Assembly: GCA_026023565.1 (NCBI GenBank) | Contig: JAPETS010000016.1 | Location: 62,001 to 126,000 of the forward strand | DNA: 64,000 nt | Origin: Cirrosporium novae-zelandiae | Lineage: Eukaryota | Reading direction: 5' to 3' | The notes under the pieces: model-generated | Database searches by the model: none | What the model saw: the letters and a program-made list of their open reading frames with translations, nothing else | Told to the model about the DNA's origin: nothing | Made by a program: the position numbers and the translations under genes | In this document: in pieces, positions 42,477-52,664 of the stretch | Position numbering within the stretch: the stretch's first letter is position 1 | Layout of the letters: each line of letters opens with the position of its first letter

Positions 42477-42823
42477 ATGCTTGATCCTCCAATACTGGAC
42501 ATTTACTCTGATCCATATGCTGATGTGGAAATAGGCCTTCCGCAATATTATTTCTCTAAAGCCTTTCAGAACTATGTTTTCTTGATACCAGATTTATTAC
42601 TTTTCTCAAAACGTGAGAGACATTAACTCTCATCATTTCAAAAACCACATACCAAACCCATGATAATGGGTTTGCCACCGCAGATGAAGTACTAGTCTCT
42701 ATTGAGCATTCTACTGAACACCCTATATCTGAAGTGGTCGAGGGTCTTGCTGCAGAATCCTCAACTCTCAGTACGATCTTTACCACCAACATCATAACAG
42801 GCGCTACATTTGTGATAGCATGA
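42477..42823 (+). CDS. Candidate small two-exon orphan protein (about 91 aa)
   Basis: TATAAA near 42430, ATG at 42477, and a GTGAGA...CAG intron at 42613-42683 that joins two short open frames in phase. No family recognised. Confidence 0.25.
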
Positions 42824-43683
42824 GTACAGGCCTACGTATTATTGATCTACCATATATAGCAAAGAATGCTGATTTATCAATATATTTGCTCTTATGGTAA
42901 AATCTCTAAGTATTTCCAGGGGCCCTAGTTTTTTGGTATCGGCTCACCACGTTTTAGGTCTGCTTCAGTCAATTCGTGAAAGACTTCTCGCGAGCTCCAT
43001 TTGAAGGGTAGACAAAAACCAACATATCCGCTCACCCGGGCTTAATAAACGGCTATATTCTCCTTCTCGTCGGCGCTATCGCCGGCTTCGCCGGTAACCG
43101 CACCAGCTATTTCCTTGGCACATTTTTTCGTCGTTATCTTGTTACCGGTCTCGCCCGTACTAGAATTCGGTTGATCATATTTCATACCTTTCCACCCACA
43201 TCGCTGCTATATTCTCCTATCTTACTACCACCGTTAGTATTGCCAGAGACGTAGACACATTTCCAAAGGATCGACGTCGAAACGTGGGATTCACATGCCT
43301 GGGATCTAGGACAGCCACTAGAATTCACCAGGATTCTCCGCTGAATTTGTTATCGGAAATTTTTTCCTGGATTACCACAAAGTGGTAGTTTGGATATCAT
43401 TAGCCATGTCTATCGAAGCCAATTTTTTGATATATTTAGTCGGGATATGGAATATACCCTGAGATTGTCATAGAGGACCCTTTTCTTGGGACAGGGTTGC
43501 TTCGTAAGGTCAACTAGGTTGGAGCAAGCCTTTTTAGTGCTTGTCTCCTTCTAGATATTACCTCGTGCATATTCACGCGAGTCTTACTTACCCCTGTTTT
43601 CATAGTTTCCCTTGATTTTGCGTGCTCACATCGATTCGATCACCACGATACACCACACTTACAACCTATCCAAAATCTGTCAG

Positions 43684-45341
43684 GTTCACAGCTCACAAAA
43701 TTGCTCTTCTTGTCATCACCATCACCGTATCCATGAACCCCACTCTTTTATTCTGGATAAATCGTCAAGAACCAAACGGACGACCGGCATCGATCCCCAA
43801 TTCCACTCATCCTAGAATAGCCTAGCGTTTTACTTCATTAACCTGACAGCGATGTTCCCCTGGGCCGTTTTACAGGGTAATGGATTGCTCCAAAATCTCT
43901 AGTCGGGTTTCCATTCATTCCCTACGTGCAACCCATTCAAATCAAGTCAAATCCAACCAAATCCAACCTCCGGACCAACCAACAATCCTTGCCAGCTTTC
44001 AACAGGTCCAATCTATCATGCTACCACTGTGACTGCCTGCAGTTATGTACTTCTGCATTTTACGGACGTTATTATTAGCTTAGTTTTGAACACACCATTT
44101 CAGACCTGTTCATTAGCAGAGTCGATAGAAATCGGTGGCTTTGCTCTCACCACGTCTCGCATTAACGCTGATCCTTAATTCCATGTGGAATATGAGTAAC
44201 CAAGTCTTCCACTCAATCAATCTTAGCGATAATCCTCTGAGCTGTTCTGCAGGGCCACGAAAGGCTTTCAAACTAATCAACCACCCAACCCCTTTTCAGC
44301 TTCTAGAAGGTCATGACTTACTACGGTTCCATACCCCCCCCGAGTCGAGCTGGTCATCAGCGTGATCCTCAATGCATTACATCAACAGGTCCGCTAGTTC
44401 GTCAGCAGCATCGATCGAAGATCGCCTTACCTTATCTAACCTCGACATACCACATCCTGCCCAGCAAGCATAAGCTCGCTACTCGGCTCGCTACTCGGCC
44501 CACCATTTCTGGTAGCATTACTGAATCATTTTGCAGGGCACAGTGGGGATTCTAACATGATTCTACCATACAGAATTGCAAGCAATATTTTGCTGGCGTT
44601 CACTCCTTGAGTGCTGCTGTTGATGGTAAGTATGTAAGCGTTATGTCATTACATTGTCTCCCCGCTATTGATGTACGGTCAATCTTTCAACAACCACGAC
44701 CAGAACTAACGAATTCGCTAAGAAATATTTTCCTGCATGCTGCCTGCAGTCCTAGTCCTTTAAGGGTCACACTCCCTAATCCCTAACCTCAGAGACAGAC
44801 GCGTTCTCCCTAAACCCTCGCGTTCCCACTTACCATTTCTTAATCCAATCTAGTCCCACACATTCCCCACAGCAATCCACAGACTTAACCATACCTCACT
44901 ATTCTCACTAACATCCCTATCTTATCTACCCCCCAAAATATCTCCAGATGACCATCACTAGCAAAGATGCAATCTTAAGATCATAACAAGCCAGCCAGCT
45001 AAATTAACCCTTTTGCAGCTTTAAACACTGACTTTTCTGCGGGATCATATCGAGTTCTCTCTTTCTCTCAAAAAAAGGCCTAACAATTGCTGCTAACCGG
45101 ACCTGTAGCTTTAATCAATAGCTTTTCAGGGACACGGCGACCACGACCACGACAATGACACTATAGAGGATAATAGCAACCGATTTCCCACGAATTCTTA
45201 TCCTACTTGTCCTTATCCCAAGATAAAAAAAATCAAAAAAAACTCATAGATCCTCTTCGGACTGTTTTCATATTTTCTATACCTAACTAACTTGAGTGTT
45301 TACGGCACAGCCATGAGCACTACTCACTAACTAGCACGCAG
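43684..45341 (+). other. Unannotated multi-intron transcription unit (micro-protein gene or spliced ncRNA)
   Basis: Dense strand-specific branch-point/YAG pairs. One clear internal exon at 44574-44625 is flanked by CTAAC...CAG and GTAAGT. No ORF longer than 80 aa. Confidence 0.55.
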
Positions 45342-47142
45342 AAGCCCCCCCGTGGCTACGGTTGTCCGTATGTATGCCCTTACGGAAAACCACCCATGAG
45401 GCAGGCAATTCACCACGACCAAAAGAATTCTATCATTCTATCCGTATGATAGATGGTAGGTAGGTAGGTAATAATAAACGCCAAACTTCCCATAGTTAGG
45501 TTATATATATATATCCTACATCCCTTTTTGGGCTCGTCTTCTAACATATCGAGCCTGCAAAAAAAAAACGCTCGGATCAATCAATCAATTAATACCCTAC
45601 CCCGCCTACCTATAATATAAAGTAAGTAAGTGCAGTTGTTACGTCGCATAGCTGGGTTATCATATATATACCCTCTCTCCTACTGTAGCTAGCACTGGGG
45701 GTTATTGCGTCCATCCATCGCACTCAAACTCAAAACTCAAGAGTAGCGAGATACATAACCCCCACGTCCACATCCATATCCACGTCCCCTTTTAGATTTA
45801 TCTTGTCTTCTAAATCTTCTAACACACTAACATATCAAGCCCTCCCCCTCTCTCTCTCTCTCAAAAAAAAAGAATTGTTAGGAAGCTAAATTAAGCCAAG
45901 TTAAATATTCTTACCTACAGTAACTATAACTAAAGGGAGGGACGTGCCGTGGCGGTGACGGTGATGGTGACGGTGATGGCGACGTGAAGTGGGATAGGAT
46001 ATCTATCCTACTACTTCTACTTAAGGGGATGGGATGGAATGGATACACCCCACCTGGTGCTACAGTGCTATAGCGTTAGGAGAGAAAGAGAGAAAAAGAG
46101 AGAGAGAGAGAGATAACTTGATTAAACTTGACTAAACTGTGCGTGAGCTGTACGTAAGCTGTAGCAAAAACAAACAAAAAACTACTTGTAATATGTTATA
46201 TAGGATATAAACATCCAGAGATTAGAAAAAAAAAACCAAAAAAAGGAGAGGAGACAGACGCCTTATCTGATTTGATTCCGGAATATCCGAGCCCGAGCTT
46301 GAGACATCTAGGTATATGTTTATATGTGTTTTTTTTACTACCGCCTATACATTGAATACATTGAATACATTGAATACATGAATACATGAATACTATATAA
46401 TCATTCCATTCCTATTTCATTCCTATTTCACTTCATTCTTATTTTTCAACTTCCACCTTCCATCCCAAGTTTCTCACTTCCCTCATCCATTGTATCCATC
46501 CCCCCCCCATACCCGCTTGACCCGCCCCCCTATAACAAAAAAGCAAAAAAGCAAAAAACACAAAGACATAACACCACGCCTTCCTTTTCCTTCCCTTCCA
46601 TACCTCCACCCCCCAAGTCCAAAAAAACGACCGTGGAGACCCTTGTACTTGTAATATATACGCAACGAATGATAGATGGATGGATATAGATGGATGGTAT
46701 AAAACGAGATAACACCTCCCATACCCCCCCCATCTGACCCCTTTACCCCCTTTACTCCATTTCAAAAAAAAGGCAAAAAAGGCAAAACCAGATTTCCGCA
46801 TACATAAAATTGTATCAATCGTGTAAAATCAGAGGGAGTCCTGTCCTGTCCAGTCCAGTCCAGTTCAGTTCGTTTCCTGGGATATCAAAAGAGTGCCCCC
46901 CCACTCCTCCATTCGCTTTCGCCGCAGAATCAAAGGGAAAGGCGATAGTGATGACATAAACGTGAAGGTGAATATGAATGTGAATGTAAGTGTGAGTGTG
47001 AGAGTCTAGGGGGTGATGGTGCGGACCATCATCCATCCATAGACTTTTTATCAACCAATTCGCCAACCAACCAATCAACCAACCAACCAACCAACCTCTG
47101 TGAGAGCAATCACACCGCCTTTTTATACTTCATTAATTCAGT

Positions 47143-50100
47143 TCAATTCAATTCATCATCATCAATATCAATATCATCATTTCTTACCCTCCTCCACCCA
47201 CCTTCATTTCCTAAATCCCTCCCCTTGCCCTTCCCAGAAGCATAAGACCTCGTGCTTTTCCGGCTTCTCTCGCTAGCATCGCTCCTCTTGCTCTTCAAAC
47301 TCCCTTCAGCGTCCGCATTCACAACTCTCAACTCGCCCCTTGGAACTGTAAATAGCATCTGTACGACACGTCTCTGGAATGCGGCTTCAACGTCCCAGTC
47401 GCCGTCGCCATCCTGATTCATTCCACTCATGTGGCGATTAGAGGCTGAGGAGGGGGCGGAAGATGAAGGCTGGACGTCCCAATCTCGTGCACCCTGTTTT
47501 CGGCGCCATACCATTGCTGATGAGGAGCTTGCGGCTCGACGTGGCGGAGAGAAGCCCGCGCCTATGGATGCAGAAGAGACACCGCTTTTTGAGCGATTGT
47601 GGCGGATCCGATAGCCTCTTGTAGGACTTGATCGCCATGAAGTTGGACTGTCGGTGTCGGCCCTGTTGTTATCTGGGCTACTGACACCTGGGAGCGATGT
47701 TAGGACCCGACGCATACTCCCCATCCAACCGGTACCGCGACTGAGGTGGGGATTTTGCGCTGGCTGAGGGCTGGGTTTGATAGGACTATCGGGCGGTGTG
47801 GTAGTGTAATCGGTCAATTGAGTTTGTGGTCTTGCAGATGGTCCAAGCAGGGATTCGCCCTCGGCTTGAAGCTGCGTGAATGACGTTCGGGCTGTGGTGA
47901 ATGTGTCGCCCGAGTCTTTATTCCGGAGAGTGGGATAGCCAGTGAGAGTCAGCGATTTGCTGCGTTGATGGCTGTGGGATGAGGATGGGTGTTCTGGACT
48001 GTTGCGACCGTCTTCAGCGCTGTTATCTACGACTTTAGAGGAAGAGGAGGCATGAGTGGCACCAAACAGAGCAGCTGTGCGTTGACTGATGCTGCGTGTG
48101 ATAGTGTCAACGACAGAACGTTGAAGGGAGTTGTTCGAGCCGTTAGAGTGTGCAGAGTGCGAGCTCAGTGTGGAGGAGGTGCGTTCGTCTTTATCAGGGG
48201 AGATTCGACCTGGATTGTTTAGAAGAACATCGGATGCCGTGGCCCAATCAGAGACCCAGTTTTGAATCTCCAGTTGGCGCTCGCGGGCTGCAGAAACAGG
48301 CGTCGTGGGATGGCTACCAAGAGGCTCGGGATCTGTGAACGGATCGAGAACAGGCGGAGAGCCCGGTGCAGTTATGGAACGAGTGCTGGCAGGGCGAGAG
48401 GTACGGGATTTTCGACTCGGTGATCGGATGGACTCCTCTTCATCTTGTTCTTCAATTGGATGGATATTCCCATATTTGAGACCTCTTCGAGAGTCTTCAA
48501 ATCGTGGAGGGTTGGAATAATTGCTTCCCCGAGGATGAGAACCCCGTCGGAGGCCTCGGGTGGGACTCGGAATTTCGACCAAGAGCCCTGTCCTCTCTGC
48601 ATCTGTCCCTCCAGTTTCTCGCCATCCTTGAGTATCTCCCACCCGGCCACTCGGTACGGAGGTAAGTGGCGCCCAAGGATAAGAGTCTTGATTATTACGC
48701 GCACGCTGCCCCATAATCGACATGGCTGAGCGATCACCTCCACGACCATCAACTCCACCAGCACCAAAGTAGCGAGTGTCGAGCTGCATAGGATCGCTGT
48801 CGAATGCACCTGCCTCTTTTTCTTCTTCACGCCTACGTTTAAGTCGCCTGGAGTAGAAATAGTAGATAGCCACTACACCCGCAACAGCAGCAAATCCAAG
48901 AACGAGACCAGCTCCAAGTCCAACTTTTTGAGAAGTCGTTGAGAGGGCACCTGTACTAGATTTTTCTTCAGTACTTGTCTTTGATGCCGCCGGACTAGAA
49001 TAGCTGGAAACCCAGTTTCCAGAAGTGACGTTTAGGAAATATGTCTTTTGGCTTAGGCTTCTTCTGGATTTCCGGGCCTTTGAGCTTGATGAAGCTGAAA
49101 TGTGGTAACCTCCCGTGATCATCATCACGTCTCCGGGCAGCATGGCTACCCCGTGACCATATATTCCAGCTCCTTCATCTAAAGCAGAGTTTGAAGTGCT
49201 AGGAATGGTCCATTGCCATTCTCCATCACCACCATATCCTTCACCAAGCTCAAGGATAGCAAGCTGAGGATCAGCCGGTTGAGTAATGTCGCCAACCCAT
49301 CCACCAAAGATAACAATCTTTTTTCCATCCGAAGTCAATGCTGCTGTATGACCTGAACGTGGTGTCAATTCATCGCTGCTGCGCACAGCAAGGTCCGTTT
49401 TGCTTTGGGACTCCGGTTGGTTGACTGGAAGGAAACTCCAGCTTTGTTCTGGCAGGGAGAATAATGCGACCTGAGACATGTTTATGAACGCATTCGCCGT
49501 GTGTCCTCCAAGAAGAACAAAATTCTGTTGTTCACTTTGTTGACCAGAAGACGAGTTAGTATAAGTAGGACTTAGTCCAGTCACAGTGAAGCCTGCTTCC
49601 GCGATTGGTGGTCCTCGAGCTTGGGCAAGTGCCAGACTATAAGATGCTGGTTGCTCCGTTGTGCTTTCTGACGAAGTGCTCGCGGCCATCGAAAGCATTG
49701 CATTTGAATAGTTTGCGTATGACACCCAGGTGTCCTGAGAAGCGCTTGAGTTTGGACACATGCCACCAAACATGTAAATATCTGCGACGTCACCAACCAT
49801 ACTTGAATAAGCCATTCCAGATGCTAGAAAATTGGCACCATTCATCGTTTTGTCTTTGAGCGAGGTCTTGGAAAGTGATAGTTGTGACCATGTCCCATTT
49901 CCAGTTTCAGAGCTCTTGTCTGACACAAAATGCCATAGCTCAGCGCCCTCTGCTCCCTGTGCGCATTGACTAGTGTAAACGGTCAAGTTCCCATCTTGGT
50001 CGATAACGGGTGTGAAGGGTTGGGTAGAGTTTGATTCTAGAAAGGGAATGGATGTAGTAAGGGTATTGTAAGTAATACTGGAGGCGTCGAGAGTCGATGA

Positions 50101-50289
50101 GACGTTCAACGACAAAAATTGGAAAGTCTCAGAGCCTGCTGCTGAAGGAAGAAATATATAAAGCAGCTGATTATCATATTTCGGCGACAAAAAAGCTCTT
50201 GTAGGTCGATACGGGAGATCTGCAGTAACGGAGGTTGCTAGTATGGTGATCAAGAGGCTGGATAGCGCTGAATGTGCGGGGGAAACCAT
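47143..50289 (-). CDS. Kelch-repeat (beta-propeller) single-pass membrane protein
   Basis: Signal peptide; kelch-like YMFGG, VLLGG, RSGHTAALTSDGKKIVIFGG and YGHGVAMLPGDVMMITGG; TM helix VGLGAGLVLGFAAVAGVVAIYYFY followed by a basic stop-transfer; long disordered tail ending in DWDVE...FTVPRGELRVVN. Confidence 0.9.
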   Translation of the reverse strand: MVSPAHSALSSLLITILATSVTADLPYRPTRAFLSPKYDNQLLYIFLPSAAGSETFQFLSLNVSSTLDASSITYNTLTTSIPFLESNSTQPFTPVIDQDGNLTVYTSQCAQGAEGAELWHFVSDKSSETGNGTWSQLSLSKTSLKDKTMNGANFLASGMAYSSMVGDVADIYMFGGMCPNSSASQDTWVSYANYSNAMLSMAASTSSESTTEQPASYSLALAQARGPPIAEAGFTVTGLSPTYTNSSSGQQSEQQNFVLLGGHTANAFINMSQVALFSLPEQSWSFLPVNQPESQSKTDLAVRSSDELTPRSGHTAALTSDGKKIVIFGGWVGDITQPADPQLAILELGEGYGGDGEWQWTIPSTSNSALDEGAGIYGHGVAMLPGDVMMITGGYHISASSSSKARKSRRSLSQKTYFLNVTSGNWVSSYSSPAASKTSTEEKSSTGALSTTSQKVGLGAGLVLGFAAVAGVVAIYYFYSRRLKRRREEEKEAGAFDSDPMQLDTRYFGAGGVDGRGGDRSAMSIMGQRARNNQDSYPWAPLTSVPSGRVGDTQGWRETGGTDAERTGLLVEIPSPTRGLRRGSHPRGSNYSNPPRFEDSRRGLKYGNIHPIEEQDEEESIRSPSRKSRTSRPASTRSITAPGSPPVLDPFTDPEPLGSHPTTPVSAARERQLEIQNWVSDWATASDVLLNNPGRISPDKDERTSSTLSSHSAHSNGSNNSLQRSVVDTITRSISQRTAALFGATHASSSSKVVDNSAEDGRNSPEHPSSSHSHQRSKSLTLTGYPTLRNKDSGDTFTTARTSFTQLQAEGESLLGPSARPQTQLTDYTTTPPDSPIKPSPQPAQNPHLSRGTGWMGSMRRVLTSLPGVSSPDNNRADTDSPTSWRSSPTRGYRIRHNRSKSGVSSASIGAGFSPPRRAASSSSAMVWRRKQGARDWDVQPSSSAPSSASNRHMSGMNQDGDGDWDVEAAFQRRVVQMLFTVPRGELRVVNADAEGSLKSKRSDASERSRKSTRSYASGKGKGRDLGNEGGWRRVRNDDIDIDDDELN

Positions 50290-50900
50290 TGCGAACAGAG
50301 ACAAATCTTCGACGACACCTCGGCCACATTGACTTGGTCTATCTTTGATACATTTGAACGGGTCGCAATAAGGAGGAAGGAATCCAAATCAGGGGTGGTT
50401 GTAGGTGGTCTTAGGCGGTCTTAGGCGGTCTTGATGGGGAAGGCAATGTTGACAACGTTGAACTAGAGAGAACCTTGAAGAAATAATATAATTGATAGGC
50501 GCAAACTTGTAGTAAATGCGAATGCTTTGCGAAAAACTTGCGAAAGATTTGCGAATGCGAAAGATTTCAAAGTGTTCGAATCGGTAAGAATTGAATAGGT
50601 CTGCAAGTAAGGAGACAGAGACAGCGGGGTTGTTTTTTTGGCTGGAAATGGGTCTGATAAACATCAACCAGGTTCCGTTCCAGCCATCTTCACAAGCGGT
50701 CGAGGATGGTCCAATAATTATCAGAAGATGCAACAAACCTAACCAATGAAACCGTTGGATTCGCCATTCGCGGGGAATTCATCGCACAGGGCAACCACAG
50801 TTTACGGGTCTTACCCCCCCCCGTACCTTGACCCGTTACCGATATTTCTAAATTTTACTTTTGACCCGAACCTCCGAATCTCCGTCTCCATTCCGACTGA

Positions 50901-50950
50901 CCCTGGCCGTCCTTGGCCGTCCTTGGCCGTCCCTGACCGTGCCTGACCGA
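50901..50950. repeat. 10-bp tandem repeat, 5 imperfect copies
   Basis: ccctggccgt ccttggccgt ccttggccgt ccctgaccgt gcctgaccga. Confidence 0.8.
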
Positions 50951-51695
50951 TTGCCCCCTGAAAAAACTCAACCTTGCTCCTTGAAAAACAACCTCAGGCC
51001 AGAAGATTCAATACTTGCTTGCCCAGCTATCCCACGGTCCGCTATCCCACCACCCCCACGATCCACTCTTCTGGAAATAGACATGCTCGTCATAACGTCG
51101 ATGCTCCATTCAAACTTCCCATGGTCTTGTTGATCTTCTTAATTAGGATCCAAACGTTCCTAACTAACTACCTAGGTAGTTAGTTGCTCTGTATAACCTG
51201 TTCGCTGTCTGTCGTGTTACATACAATCCCTTACTATCTCACCAATAGTTCCATCAACTAGTTGAAAGTTCAATAGTGGCGCTCCAACACGGGGAGCATC
51301 CACGCATTTGTCTTTATTTATTAGGCTATACACAGTAACCTCTGTCATCCTGCTGCGCAACCTTTGTTGGCACCGAAAATATGTATTACAAAATCACTGT
51401 CGCCATAAGACAGGATTGGATATTCCACTTTTCACCTGCCCAATACCAATATGTAGATATCCAACGCCATCGACAAAATGACCATGCAATAGGGACGGTT
51501 TCCACTCGAATTCTACCAGCCACTCAACGACCAGTAAATGCGGTTAGTAAATCTATGTAACGTATGCGTAATGTACAATATTCCTCCAAAAGCCTTGGCT
51601 ATTTTTTCATAAGCCACGCATAAGGGAGGATAATTTTATGACAGGGACGGTGATTAGGAGCGACCCTGGATGCTGGATGCAGCGAGCCCCTGATG

Positions 51696-52664
51696 TCATC
51701 CACGATCAGATGCTGGTGGTGTTGGCTCAGCTTTGGGTACAAACCCCATGGCCTCGGCCGTTCCCTGTAGTGCTCTCTCATCAAATAACTCGATGTATCG
51801 CTCATCTAGGGACCGAGATTTTGGATAGGAGTATTTTCGATATTCTGTGATGACAGATGGTAAGCTCCAGTCCTCTATTTTTCGTAGGCAGCCAATAACA
51901 CATCCAGTACGGTGCTAAATCGTTGTCAGCAAGGGCAAACTCGCGTCCCAACGATAGCATTGTCTAGAGCAGAGATTTTCATGCATATATCGCTTGGAAT
52001 TGACCAAGTGAACAGACTTACTTTGCCTTTATTGCAGTGAACAAGGATGGGGTGATTGGTACGATCAAGCAAAATGCTCAAAGCTCGGGCCATATCTTCA
52101 ACGGAGATGGTGACAAGCGGGTCTTTATTGGCGGGCATTGGAATCTGGAAATGTTGGATACGATTTTCCTTGAGAAAGCTGACATTTTCGGCCGGTAGTC
52201 CCTCGACCAAAGTCCTGGATGTTTGTCAGTATGGTTGAGTATAGCCAAAAACCATTGATAAATTTACAATATGCTTTTTAACCTCAATGCCTTCAATTCT
52301 TCAAAATGTTGTTCCCGAGGAAAACTACTCCGATAGATTCCTGGTTCGACTTCGGCAAAATTTCCGGGAAGGCCGGTAGCTGTGTCAGGAGATGATGGCT
52401 CGCTCTCAAAACTGCTCCTCGTCGAAGCTAGAGTAACCTGTCAGACTATACACCCCACACATGAGGGCAGAATATAGTGATAGATGAATATACGTATTGG
52501 AAAAATGGGAACAAGCATAAACAAGCATAAATAGACTTACCTCCATCCCTTTGAACCAATTCTGGCTCCTCCGGATATGCACCGGGCATCTGAGTTGTAG
52601 TGACACTCCCTCTCCCCTGGCCCGGAAATTTGCTGCACATCACTCTTCTCCACTTCTCCACCAT
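51696..52664 (-). CDS. SIW14: SIW14/OCA-family (PFA-DSP) phosphatase (4 coding exons)
   Basis: PGNFAEVEPGIYRSSFP, HPILVHCNKGK|HRTGCVIGCLRK (CX5R loop) and EYRKYSYPKSRSLDERYIELF. Introns 52428-52540, 52215-52267 and 51915-52021. Start codon and exact orthology within the family are uncertain. Confidence 0.85.

Noticed and set aside
44770..44820. CCCTAA motifs suggesting a telomerase RNA template or interstitial telomere
   Set aside because: No TAACCCTAA-type 1.5-repeat template is present. The motifs fit better as branch points in C-rich sequence.
43684..45341. Intronic box C/D snoRNA host gene
   Set aside because: I found no RTGATGA...CTGA pairs in the putative introns. H/ACA snoRNAs cannot be excluded by eye.
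46196..47090. Cluster of short hydrophobic ORFs downstream of the kelch gene
   Set aside because: They derive from microsatellite and homopolymer sequence in a probable 3' UTR or intergenic region.
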